Under the pieces are notes generated by a model. That model did not search any database. It was not told the origin of the DNA and was given only the letters and a program-made list of their open reading frames with translations. The translations under genes were made by a program, and so were the position numbers. Below are positions 8,471 through 17,090 of a DNA stretch of 32,000 nt, in pieces. Each line of letters opens with the position of its first letter. The stretch's first letter is position 1. Source of the DNA: Candidatus Iainarchaeum sp. GTDB lineage: Archaea > Iainarchaeota > Iainarchaeia > Iainarchaeales > JACQJH01. The stretch is from the NCBI GenBank assembly GCA_016205145.1, contig JACQJH010000002.1, positions 210,001 to 242,000 of the forward strand, in the 5' to 3' direction.

Positions 8471-8581
8471 GGGGCGGTAGTCTAGCTTGGTAGGATACAG
8501 CCTTCGGGAAACCTTTTGATGAATTTTTGTTGAAAGTGTTCGAACGAGGCTGCGACAGGAGTTCAAATCTCCTCCGTCCCA
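8471..8581 (+). tRNA. tRNA-Pro(CGG) with a 38-nt intron at the canonical 37/38 position; no encoded CCA
   Basis: Acceptor GGGGCGG/CCGTCCC (one G-U pair), D arm GTCT-AGCTTGGTA-GGAT, anticodon stem CAGCC/GGCTG, anticodon CGG at 8505-8507, T arm AGGAG-TTCAAAT-CTCCT. Intron 8509-8546 forms a bulge-helix-bulge: central helix UUCG(8503-06)/CGAA(8541-44) flanked by 3-nt bulges GGA and CGA. Confidence 0.85.
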
Positions 8582-8611
8582 ACGCGTTTTCGTCCGCGTG
8601 ACCGAAACTAA

Positions 8612-8633
8612 GGCGGTTCACACGTGAACCGCC
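8612..8633. other. perfect 10-bp inverted repeat / hairpin (GGCGGTTCAC ac GTGAACCGCC)
   Basis: Read directly from the sequence, 30 nt downstream of the tRNA. Its stem matches the 3914-3937 hairpin at 8 of 10 positions. Confidence 0.6.
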
Positions 8634-8824
8634 AAGTACTCAGTAGCAAAGATCTGAAGCTCATCCACTCGAAAACCAAGCGCCCAGAAAACTGTTTTCA
8701 GCAACGGCAAGGATACTTATTAAAATTGTTCAAGGGATATAGCAGTATCAATATTGGCGATGAAGCTCACCACCTATTGAAACCGCCGCATGGCTGATAG
8801 CTTCTACTCAAAGGAGATGGAATC

Positions 8825-8971
8825 ATGGGTTACTTCTGTCCTAAATGCTATGCTGTCAGCTATACAACGGTGCGGCTCGTAAAAGACGATGGCACGTATA
8901 CCTGCGTCCGGAATCCGGAACACGTTTTTGAACTGGATTCGCAGGGATTTCCAAGACGAAAAAAAGATTAA
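8825..8971 (+). CDS. small zinc-ribbon protein (48 aa), absent from the ORF track
   Basis: Translated by hand: MGYFCPKCYAVSYTTVRLVKDDGTYTCVRNPEHVFELDSQGFPRRKKD*. It has CPKC...C-x5-H ligands, and GGAG lies about 9 nt upstream of the ATG. Confidence 0.45.
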   Translation: MGYFCPKCYAVSYTTVRLVKDDGTYTCVRNPEHVFELDSQGFPRRKKD

Positions 8972-9042
8972 CTAAAAACCGGACTGCATTCGTTCACAAA
9001 GGACGGACAGCCGTCGGCATAATTGGCTGGCCTGCGACGGCC

Positions 9043-9804
9043 CTAAAGATTGTTCAGCTTTCCGAAATAGTATGGCTTGTCTTCCACCGCCCAGACCTCA
9101 AAGCCGCTTAGGTCCTGTTTGAGGAAAGGCGACAATGTTTTTTCCCGCGTCAAATCCGTGCCAATGTTCAGCTGGTTCAGGGAAGGCAGAACGACCAGGT
9201 TTTTGCCTTCAAATTTTCCCTTGAGGAAGCACTTGAACTGCTCCTTTTTCACGCCTTCGCGGATTGAAACAGCGGGATGCTCGTGGCCGATCGCAATCGT
9301 TTCGGCTGTCGCGAATGCTTTATTTCTGACTATCTTGTCGCCGTGCAGGAAAAGCGTTTTGTCCGGCTCCGAAAAAAAGCCGTTTTCCAGGATTGTGAGG
9401 TTTTTCCATTCGGCTATCGGTGCCAGAACCCTGTCGTGGTTGCCGCGCAGCAGGATTATCTCATTGCAATGCATGGAAAGCAATTCGAGCATTGCAAAGG
9501 CTTCCTGCCATTCCTGCCGTGAAGGCGCGCCGAACTCGTGCTTCAAGTCGCCGAGAACGACTATGCGCTCCGGCCTGCAAGCGGAAAAAACCTTTTCCGC
9601 CAAATGATTTCTTATCGCCGCAAAGTTCGTGCGCGGCACAAGCATGCCGCTCCGGTTGAGAGTTTCCTCGAAACCGAGGTGGAAGTCCGCGAGAGCCAGG
9701 GTTTTGGTTTTTTCGAAAAACAGCCCCAAACCAAAAAGCCTCAGGCCCGGCAGAATAACGCTGTCATCGCTGTCCTTTCTACCGGGCAATTCATCAGTTT
9801 TCAT
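9043..9804 (-). CDS. calcineurin-like metallophosphoesterase, Lhr-associated MPE type
   Basis: Motifs LADFHLG, VLGDLKHEF, GNHD, LHGD and GHEHP. The start overlaps the stop of the upstream Lhr helicase by 11 nt. Confidence 0.85.
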   Translation of the reverse strand: MKTDELPGRKDSDDSVILPGLRLFGLGLFFEKTKTLALADFHLGFEETLNRSGMLVPRTNFAAIRNHLAEKVFSACRPERIVVLGDLKHEFGAPSRQEWQEAFAMLELLSMHCNEIILLRGNHDRVLAPIAEWKNLTILENGFFSEPDKTLFLHGDKIVRNKAFATAETIAIGHEHPAVSIREGVKKEQFKCFLKGKFEGKNLVVLPSLNQLNIGTDLTREKTLSPFLKQDLSGFEVWAVEDKPYYFGKLNNL

Positions 9805-12397
9805 TTCCGATGCGCTCCAGCACTTTCAGGTGCATTCTTTTTATGAATTCTATCCTGCCTTCCATGCGCATTATGTCCGCATATCCTTCAGCGAAAAGGT
9901 TGAACGCAAAAGGCGACGGCGCGCCGCTTGAATGAATTTCAACGACGGTTATTTTGCCGTCGTTTATCAGGTCCGCCACGATTTGCGCGCTTTTCACGTC
10001 CATCAAATCCTCCATTATCTCGCGCCTCGTTTCCTTTAGGATTGGAAAGTTTTCCGAAACCCTTCTCACGGCGTTCAGCAGAAGGAAGGAGCCCATCTGC
10101 TGCCGGCCAACTGACTTTGTCCTGCCCCTGTAATTGCGCAGAATCATCAGGGAGCGCGTGGCGCAATGGCGGAAGCGGCGCTTGAAAACCTCGGTCTTTT
10201 CAACCGCAATGTTCAGGATGTCGCGCACGGAATTCTTTTTGAGCAGGGAAAAAATCTGCTGGACCGGCACCTTGTCTGCGGAAAGCATGAAGCCGTTGTC
10301 GTTAAGCGTTATTTCGATGTCCTTGTGCGTGAGCCTGCCGCAAAGGTAGGCGAACGCCCTTCCAAGCGCATCGTTCACGCGCCTGCCGAAAGTCGAATGG
10401 AAAATCACAAAGCGCTTGCCCTCGGCGTCAGTGAAATGCTCGACTACAAGCTTTTTGTCGTTCGGTATTTCCTTGGAATAAAGCCATTGCTCGCGGAAAT
10501 AACTGTGGATTGCGTTGGCTGACTTGGCGTCGATGAAAAGGTGCCTTTGAAGGAAGGCCAGCAACTCTTTTTTCGGGGTTTTGGCCCGCAGTTTTTCCTC
10601 CATGAGGCGCCTGAATTTCTGGATGTCAAGACCTAGGTCGAATGAAAGCGGGAGCATTTCGGAAAACCAGCTCGGCACGGTGGGCGGGCGCTGATGTGCA
10701 GTTTCAACCTGGCACGTCATGCCCCTGCTGAACTTGAAGACGTAGCTCTGCCCGCCCAAAACGAAAACGTCGCCCTTGTTGAGGCGCTCCAAAAAAATTT
10801 CGTCAATGGTCCCGATCTTGTGCTCGCCGAGCTTGACTTCGACGCGCGCCTCGTCCGGAATCGTGCCAACGTTCGTCATGTACAGCACGCGCGCCAGCCT
10901 GCCCCTCCTTCCGATCATGCCGGTTTTTTCGTCAAGCCAGATTTTCGCGTAAACGTGCCTGGTCTCCAATGACGCGTAATGGCCGGCGAGGTACAAAACG
11001 ACCTCGTCGAAGTCTGCTTTTGAAAGGCCGTGATAGCAGTAGCTTTTCCGGATCGTGTTGAACAATTCCTTCTCGTGGATTTGTTCCGCGACCGCAAAAC
11101 CGAAAATCTGCTGTGCCAGCACGTCAAGGCAGTTTTGCGGAACGTCAATGCGGTCAATTTTCCTTTCAAGGGCATCCTTCAGGAGAACTGCGCATTCGAC
11201 AAGGTCATCCCTGTCAAGCACAATGATTCTGCCTTCGACGCGCGCATGCAATTGATGGCCAGCCCGGCCCATTCTCTGCAAAGCGCGGGCGATTGATTTC
11301 GGAGAACCCAGCAATACGACAAGGTCTATGAAGCCGATGTCGATGCCCAATTCAAGGCTGGTTGAGGAGACAACGCATTTCAGCCTGCCTTCCTTCAGGC
11401 GGTTTTCAACATTCAGCCTGTGTTCCCTGCTCAAGGAAGAATGATGCGCTTCAAGGTTGCCCGAGGAATAGTCTTTCGGAAACTTGTCTTTGAGGTTGTG
11501 CACCACACGCTCGGTCGCCGAACGCGTGTTGGTGAAAACCAGCGTCGTCTTGTGCGAGGAAACCATTTTGTGCAGGGTTTCATACAGGGCCTCGTTTGTA
11601 TGCTTCTGCGAAACGTCGATGAAGTCCGGGAGAGGAGAGACAACCTGCAAATCAAACTCTTTCAGGAAAGAAACGTCGACGATTTTGCACTTCCTTGCAG
11701 TCTTTTCGTTTTCCATGCCCACCAGAAACTTTGCCACTTCATCCAGCGGCGCGATAGTGGCGCTCAATCCCACCCTTGTAGTTTCCGGGCTGAGCATTTG
11801 CAGGCGTTCAAGCGCAAGAGAGAGGTGCACGCCGCGCTTGCTTGAAGCAAGGGCATGGATTTCGTCGACAATGCACCACTGCACGCCTTTCAGGTTTTCA
11901 ACGAATTTCGGCGAGGTCAGAAGTATGGACAATGATTCCGGCGTGGTAATGAGAATGTGCGGCGGCTTCCGCAGCATCCTCTGCCGTTCGGAGGTTGGAG
12001 TGTCGCCGGTTCGCACCGCAACCCGGATGTCCAGTTTCTTCCCGATTTTTTTTGCGACCTTTTCGATTTCTTCGAGCGGCTCGTCGAGGTTTTTCTCGAT
12101 GTCATTCGAGAGTGCCCGAAGTGGTGAAATGTAAACGCAGTAAACCTTGTCCTCAAGGTTTCCCTGTTCGGACAAGGTTATGAGTTCGCTCAGCACCGCG
12201 GAGAATGCGGCGAGGGTTTTGCCTGTTCCGGTCGGGGCGCTGATGAGAGTGTTTTCCTTAAAATGGATGTTTGGAATGGCAAAGCGCTGCGGCTCGGTAA
12301 AAGACTTGAACCTCGCCTTGAACCATCCGCCAAGCAGCGGATTGAGCAGATTGAACAACTGCGAGTCGGTGTAACCCTGCGTCTGCAATTCAACCAT
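9794..12397 (-). CDS. lhr: Lhr-type (Lhr-Core) DEAH-box DNA helicase
   Basis: Motif I APTGTGKT, motif II VDEIHAL, SAT, later motif QRMGRAGH, then winged-helix and beta-barrel-like C-terminal regions. The product is 867 aa from ATG 12397. The 146-codon upstream extension in the ORF track looks non-coding. Confidence 0.9.
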   Translation of the reverse strand: MVELQTQGYTDSQLFNLLNPLLGGWFKARFKSFTEPQRFAIPNIHFKENTLISAPTGTGKTLAAFSAVLSELITLSEQGNLEDKVYCVYISPLRALSNDIEKNLDEPLEEIEKVAKKIGKKLDIRVAVRTGDTPTSERQRMLRKPPHILITTPESLSILLTSPKFVENLKGVQWCIVDEIHALASSKRGVHLSLALERLQMLSPETTRVGLSATIAPLDEVAKFLVGMENEKTARKCKIVDVSFLKEFDLQVVSPLPDFIDVSQKHTNEALYETLHKMVSSHKTTLVFTNTRSATERVVHNLKDKFPKDYSSGNLEAHHSSLSREHRLNVENRLKEGRLKCVVSSTSLELGIDIGFIDLVVLLGSPKSIARALQRMGRAGHQLHARVEGRIIVLDRDDLVECAVLLKDALERKIDRIDVPQNCLDVLAQQIFGFAVAEQIHEKELFNTIRKSYCYHGLSKADFDEVVLYLAGHYASLETRHVYAKIWLDEKTGMIGRRGRLARVLYMTNVGTIPDEARVEVKLGEHKIGTIDEIFLERLNKGDVFVLGGQSYVFKFSRGMTCQVETAHQRPPTVPSWFSEMLPLSFDLGLDIQKFRRLMEEKLRAKTPKKELLAFLQRHLFIDAKSANAIHSYFREQWLYSKEIPNDKKLVVEHFTDAEGKRFVIFHSTFGRRVNDALGRAFAYLCGRLTHKDIEITLNDNGFMLSADKVPVQQIFSLLKKNSVRDILNIAVEKTEVFKRRFRHCATRSLMILRNYRGRTKSVGRQQMGSFLLLNAVRRVSENFPILKETRREIMEDLMDVKSAQIVADLINDGKITVVEIHSSGAPSPFAFNLFAEGYADIMRMEGRIEFIKRMHLKVLERIGNEN

Positions 12398-12563
12398 GAA
12401 AAAAACCACTTCAAGATTTAAGGCAAAACCTGAAACCGGCTGCCGAAAAGCCGAAAAAACAAAACAACGAAAAGACGGCAATACAATTAATGCCTTGGGA
12501 AAGGTTAAAAAGTCTTTAAGAATGCGGCAAAAGTTTTTATTGTAAAAAAAGGAGTGTTGTTGT

Positions 12564-12842
12564 ATGGCTTTAAGGCGCGCCGGCGGAAAGCGTTCTGTTC
12601 CCTTGCGGTTCAGGGACCAACGGGAAGCGCGCCGAAGGCTTGCAGAAAGGGAGCGGCTGCATGCCGAAGGTGTCCTGCCAAAAGCAGGGATTGGACCCAT
12701 GGCGTCAAGGAGAATAATCAATGCAACCGCGCGCGACAACCTGGAAAGGCAAACAAGTGAAACACTCGGCGAATTCCACGCGCGGATGGAACGCCAGTCC
12801 GGCTGGCCAAGCCCGGAAAAAGGCAAAGGCGGCAAACGTTAG
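12564..12842 (+). CDS. hypothetical highly basic protein (92 aa)
   Basis: ATG is preceded by AGGAG, and a TTTTTATTG box lies at 12534-12542. The protein is Arg-rich with no recognised family. The region is also open on the opposite strand, so coding status is uncertain. Confidence 0.35.
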   Translation: MALRRAGGKRSVPLRFRDQREARRRLAERERLHAEGVLPKAGIGPMASRRIINATARDNLERQTSETLGEFHARMERQSGWPSPEKGKGGKR

Positions 12843-12899
12843 CATTCTGCCTCCGCAAACAATAGCCTTTTTTATTCCTTTTCGGGGTTGATTTGTTCG

Positions 12900-14066
12900 A
12901 TGCTTTCCGCTTCCTCCGACATTGAAAGGCTTTTTTTTGAGGGCAGGGAAATTGTCCTGGTGGGCACGGCGCACATCAGCAGGAAAAGCGCGGAACTGGT
13001 TGCAAAAACCATTGAAGAGGAAAAGCCTGACGTGATTGGCGTCGAGCTTGACGCCGAAAGGTTTTTCCAGCTCAAATCCGGTGCCAAGTGGAGGGAAATG
13101 GACCTGTTCCAGCTCATAAAGGAAGGCAAAACCTACCTTCTGCTGCTGAACATACTGCTTTCAAACATGCAGCGCAAGCTGGGCCAGCAGATCGGAGTGA
13201 CGCCCGGCGAGGAAATGATTGAAGCCATCGGCCTCGCTGAAAAAGGCGGCGTGCCCGTGCAATTGCTTGACCGCAGCGTGAAAATAACCCTGAAAAGGGC
13301 GATGGACCGGATGAGCCTGAAGGAAAAATTCAGGCTGGGCGTGTCGGTCATTTCCGGGATTTTTTCCGAGCACCCCGAAATAACCGCCGACACTGTTGAA
13401 GAACTCAAAAACGAGGACGTCATGAACAAGCTCATATCCGAGCTTTCAAGGGAACTGCCTTCGGTAAAGGAAGTGCTCGTGGACGAAAGGGATTTGTTCA
13501 TTGCAAACCGCATTCTTGACGCGCCGGGAAAAAAAATTGTTGCGGTTGTCGGAAAGGGCCACATGGCGGGCATCAAAAGGCTTTTGGACAGGCGCAGGGA
13601 CGTTTCAGGCATAAACCGCATTGAAGAGAAAAAAAGCCGGCTTGGATTCCTGAAATTCGCAATTCCCGCATTGTTCATCGCATTGCTCGGCGCCGGCTTT
13701 TTACTCAAGGGCCCTGGCACGACACTGCAGATACTTGCATACTGGATTCTCGTAACCGGCGGCTTTTCCGCGCTCGGAGTGATTCTGGCAAGAGGCCACC
13801 CCGCGTCAATCGCGACCGCGTTCCTGGCCTCGCCCATAACAACATTGCACCCGTTGCTCGCATCAGGATGGTTTGCCGGCGCAGTGGAAGCAAAATTCAA
13901 CGCTCCGAAAGTCAGGGACTTCGAGGGCCTGAACAGCATCAACTCTTTCAGCGACTTCTATTCGAACAGGGTGACGCGCATACTCATCGTTACGGCTTAC
14001 GCAAACATCGGCGCGACAATCGGAGTCATAATCGCATTGCCGGCGATTGTCTCGCTGTTCGGCTGA
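12900..14066 (+). CDS. TraB/PrgY/GumN family protein with a C-terminal membrane domain
   Basis: N-terminal GREIVLVGTAHISRKSAELV...PDVIGVELD and GHMAGI are typical of the TraB family, followed by about 4 TM helices. A T-rich TATA-like box lies at 12868-12876. Confidence 0.85.
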   Translation: MLSASSDIERLFFEGREIVLVGTAHISRKSAELVAKTIEEEKPDVIGVELDAERFFQLKSGAKWREMDLFQLIKEGKTYLLLLNILLSNMQRKLGQQIGVTPGEEMIEAIGLAEKGGVPVQLLDRSVKITLKRAMDRMSLKEKFRLGVSVISGIFSEHPEITADTVEELKNEDVMNKLISELSRELPSVKEVLVDERDLFIANRILDAPGKKIVAVVGKGHMAGIKRLLDRRRDVSGINRIEEKKSRLGFLKFAIPALFIALLGAGFLLKGPGTTLQILAYWILVTGGFSALGVILARGHPASIATAFLASPITTLHPLLASGWFAGAVEAKFNAPKVRDFEGLNSINSFSDFYSNRVTRILIVTAYANIGATIGVIIALPAIVSLFG

Positions 14067-14089
14067 AAAAAACAGCCAAACCTGAAAAC

Positions 14090-14422
14090 TCACTCAAGGA
14101 GAGTGCCGTTCGCAACGCTTGCATCAATCGTGGCAAGCATGTATTTTCCGTCATTGCCTTTCGCCGCCAAAAGCATGCCCTGGCTTTCGATGCCGCCGAT
14201 TTTTGCGGGCGCAAGGTTTGCTACGACGATTATTTTCCTGCCCAGCAGTTCTTCCCCGGAATAAAACTGTTTGAGGCCCGCGACAAGCGTTATTTCGGTT
14301 CCGATGTCAACGCGCAGCTTGAACAGCCGGTCCTTGCCTTCAACGTCTTCAACTGAGAGTATCTGCCCAACCTTCAGCTCGATTTTCCCGAATTCGCCGA
14401 AAGAAACCACCAACAAAACCAC
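14090..14422 (-). CDS. tRNA-binding OB-fold protein (Trbp111/CsaA/MetRS C-terminal-like)
   Basis: FGKIELKVGQILSVEDVEGKDRLFKLRVDIG...IVVVANLAPAKIGGIESQGMLLAA. The start is uncertain: GTG 14422, GTG 14410 or TTG 14443. Confidence 0.8.
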   Translation of the reverse strand: MVLLVVSFGEFGKIELKVGQILSVEDVEGKDRLFKLRVDIGTEITLVAGLKQFYSGEELLGRKIIVVANLAPAKIGGIESQGMLLAAKGNDGKYMLATIDASVANGTLLE

Positions 14423-14444
14423 CGGAATAAATGTGGGAAGCAAA

Positions 14445-14452
14445 CTTTAAAA
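14445..14452. promoter_or_regulatory. TATA-like box (CTTTAAAA) between divergent genes
   Basis: It lies 24-31 nt from ATG 14476 (+) and 23-30 nt from GTG 14422 (-), consistent with leaderless or short-leader divergent transcripts. Confidence 0.4.
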
Positions 14453-14475
14453 CACGTCTGACAATCAAAAATGCT

Positions 14476-15600
14476 ATGCGCATCGGCGTTGAAGCCTACT
14501 TCAACCTTGACAGGAAAACAGGAATAGCGAACTATGCTTTGAGGCTGATTGAAGAGCTCAAAAAAGCCGCGGCCGAAGACGAAGGCAGCGGCATTGAAAT
14601 CGTCGAGTACCGGCCCAGGGAAAACTCGGTTTTCAATTTTTCAAAAATCAGGAACGGGTTGCTGAGGAAAATACTCTACTTCAAGTGGCTGAACGTTGTC
14701 CTGCCGTTCCTGGCCGCGAAAGACAAAATCGACGTGCTCATTTCGCCGAACTACGTGCGCCCGTATTTTTTGCCGTGCAAATCGGTCGCAGTGTTCCATG
14801 ACGCGAACATGTTCGCCGCGCCGCAGTTCTTTGACTCGACAAACGCGCTGTTCCGCGGAATGATAAGGTATTCGGCGAAAAAGGCGGATGCCGTGATAAC
14901 GCCGTCAGAATCGGCCAGGAAAGAGGCTGTTGGCCGCCTTGGCCTGCCGCCGCAAAAGGTTTTCTGCGTGCACCACGGCATCGACAAAAAATTTTTTGAA
15001 AAAATTCCTGAAAAACGCGTTGCGGAATTCAGGAAATCGAAAGGCTTTCCGGAAAACGCCTTTGTCTGCGTGGGCACGGTTGAAAAAAGGAAAAACCTTG
15101 AAAGCGTTTTCCGCGCAATGGAAATCCTTTCCGGGAACGGCATCGAATGTTTTCTGGCGGTTGTGGGCAAGGACGGCTTCGGCGCCGCGGAAATCAGGCG
15201 GAAGGCCCTGGCATCCGGCGTGCATGGAAAAGTGAAATTTTTCGGCTATGCAGACGATGAAGAGCTTCTGCTATTTTACCGTTCGGCGAAAGCGCTTGTT
15301 TACGTGAGCCATTACGAAGGGTTCGGCCTGCCTTTGCTTGAGGCAATGGCATCCGGAACGCCGGTCATTGCGGCAGACAACACTTCCATGCCGGAAGTCT
15401 GCGGGAACGCGGCGGTCTTTGTGAATGACGGCAGGCCTGAAGAGATTGCCTTTGCCATGAAAAAAATCCTTGCGGACGCAGGGCTGCGGAAACGCCTGTC
15501 GGAAAAAGGCGTTTCGCGCGCAAAAAAGTTCGGCTGGAAAGACTGCTGCCAAAAAACGATTGAAGCCGCGCGAAAAGCCCTTGCATCAGGGCAAAAATAG
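14476..15600 (+). CDS. GT4-family glycosyltransferase
   Basis: GT-B fold pattern with the E-x7-E region YEGFGLPLLEAMASGTPVI. The start is trimmed to MRIGVEAYF. Confidence 0.85.
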   Translation: MRIGVEAYFNLDRKTGIANYALRLIEELKKAAAEDEGSGIEIVEYRPRENSVFNFSKIRNGLLRKILYFKWLNVVLPFLAAKDKIDVLISPNYVRPYFLPCKSVAVFHDANMFAAPQFFDSTNALFRGMIRYSAKKADAVITPSESARKEAVGRLGLPPQKVFCVHHGIDKKFFEKIPEKRVAEFRKSKGFPENAFVCVGTVEKRKNLESVFRAMEILSGNGIECFLAVVGKDGFGAAEIRRKALASGVHGKVKFFGYADDEELLLFYRSAKALVYVSHYEGFGLPLLEAMASGTPVIAADNTSMPEVCGNAAVFVNDGRPEEIAFAMKKILADAGLRKRLSEKGVSRAKKFGWKDCCQKTIEAARKALASGQK

Positions 15601-17070
15601 TTCTGCTGTTTCGCTGAAAATGCGTTCGGCTTCTTCCGCGCTTTCGGGCACGCGAAAGGCAATTTTGCCAAATGATTCCGCGAAAGCCATGCCCCGCCCC
15701 CGGAAAGCCCCCTGACGGGATGCCGCCTGCATAAGACGCTTTGGTTCAAGCAACACATCCCCGGTTTCGAGGAAAACCCTTGATGCAAGGGCCTCGAAGA
15801 AAAGCGTTGCCTCCTCCGCCGGGCGCTTCCTGAAAACCATTCTGATGAACGCGCGCGGCAGGATGAAAGTTTTGTGGAAGAAAAGGAATTCCCTGCATTT
15901 TGCCTTGACCCAGCCATCGGGCGGGCACAAAAAAACGAATTCCTTCGCTTCGCCTGAAACAAGAACGGCGTTTTCAATGAAATTCTGCAATGCAAACGGA
16001 TCCGTGTGCGGCAGGAAGAAAAGCTCCCCGCAAAGCCAGCTTTCCGTCAGGACGGAAACCCCGGACTTCCGGAAAAGCGGGAAGTTTTCCTTCAGCGACA
16101 GGCAGAACCTTTCAAAGTCCGGCGCAGAAACTTTGTCGGGCAGAACGAAAACAACCGCCTGCTTTTCCGCATTGAATGCTTCAGGCACAACGAAAACCCT
16201 TGACCCGGCCGGCAGGAAAACTTTTCCGGCAAGACCGCCCCCTGCGGACGCAGGAAAAAAACTTTTTTTCACTTTTGCCGCTTTTCCGGCATGCCTTTTC
16301 AGCATCGCCGAATAAAAGGCGGTGTACGCCGAAGCAATGGAATGGAATGTTTTCGGCAGGAACTGCCCCGGCCGTTCGATCCAAAAACCGCTTTTTTCAA
16401 TCGCCAGTGCGCTGTTTTCAGCTCCGGCAATTTCCGGCAGCCCGCCGGAAAGCCCTTCATAGCGGTGCAGGAAAGATGAAATGTTTTTGCAGATTTTGAA
16501 GTATTTCCTGGCAAAAATCTGCTTTGAAAAATCGTCGGCGAAAAAGTATTTGAGGAACAGCTTTTCGTGCCAGAACCCGAACTTGTGGCTGAAAGGCATG
16601 AAGGGCTTTTCCAGCTTTGCGATTGCGAAGCTTTTGCCGTGCACGCAATGCCACGTCGCGCCGGTATGTACGGCCGAGTCGAATACCCTTGAAAAGTTTT
16701 CCGTGTCAGAAAGCATTTTTGCGGAAGCGAAGGCCGGCACTTCGAGCATCGGGAAAAAAAACGAAAGGAGGCCGAACCTGAAAAAAAAGCCCTTCTGGAA
16801 TTCTGCAAAAGCCTTTGCAGGCATTTCCTTCAGGACGACCAGGAAGTCGATGTCGCTGTCCCCGGGAAACCAGCCCCTGCCGCCCATGCCGTAATAGAGA
16901 TAGACTGATTCGACCTGCGGCCCGGCGACCAGGAAAACGAAAAGGCGGGTGCACAGCGAATAATATTTTTTGTTCAGAAACGAGAACGGCCAGATGCCAT
17001 TCGTTTTCACCAGGAACAGGCGGATGAAATCGTGCCATGCCGCAAAAATGCGTTTAAGAATCCAGAGCAT
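15586..17070 (-). CDS. Pol-beta superfamily nucleotidyltransferase domain protein with a long uncharacterised C-terminal region (494 aa)
   Basis: Minimal-NTase motif VYLYYGMGGRGWFPGDSDIDFLVVL (G[SG]-x9-13-DxD). The protein is Phe-rich. Its 3' end overlaps the convergent GT4 gene by 15 nt. Confidence 0.7.
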   Translation of the reverse strand: MLWILKRIFAAWHDFIRLFLVKTNGIWPFSFLNKKYYSLCTRLFVFLVAGPQVESVYLYYGMGGRGWFPGDSDIDFLVVLKEMPAKAFAEFQKGFFFRFGLLSFFFPMLEVPAFASAKMLSDTENFSRVFDSAVHTGATWHCVHGKSFAIAKLEKPFMPFSHKFGFWHEKLFLKYFFADDFSKQIFARKYFKICKNISSFLHRYEGLSGGLPEIAGAENSALAIEKSGFWIERPGQFLPKTFHSIASAYTAFYSAMLKRHAGKAAKVKKSFFPASAGGGLAGKVFLPAGSRVFVVPEAFNAEKQAVVFVLPDKVSAPDFERFCLSLKENFPLFRKSGVSVLTESWLCGELFFLPHTDPFALQNFIENAVLVSGEAKEFVFLCPPDGWVKAKCREFLFFHKTFILPRAFIRMVFRKRPAEEATLFFEALASRVFLETGDVLLEPKRLMQAASRQGAFRGRGMAFAESFGKIAFRVPESAEEAERIFSETAELFLP

Positions 17071-17090
17071 GAAGGCACCATAAAACCAAA

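Noticed and set aside
8509-8546. A C-box-like UGAUGA inside the tRNA-Pro intron, suggesting an intron-encoded C/D box guide RNA as in some archaeal tRNA-Trp introns.
   Set aside because: The intron is only 38 nt, has no CUGA D box and no room for guide sequence. UGAUGA alone is expected by chance.
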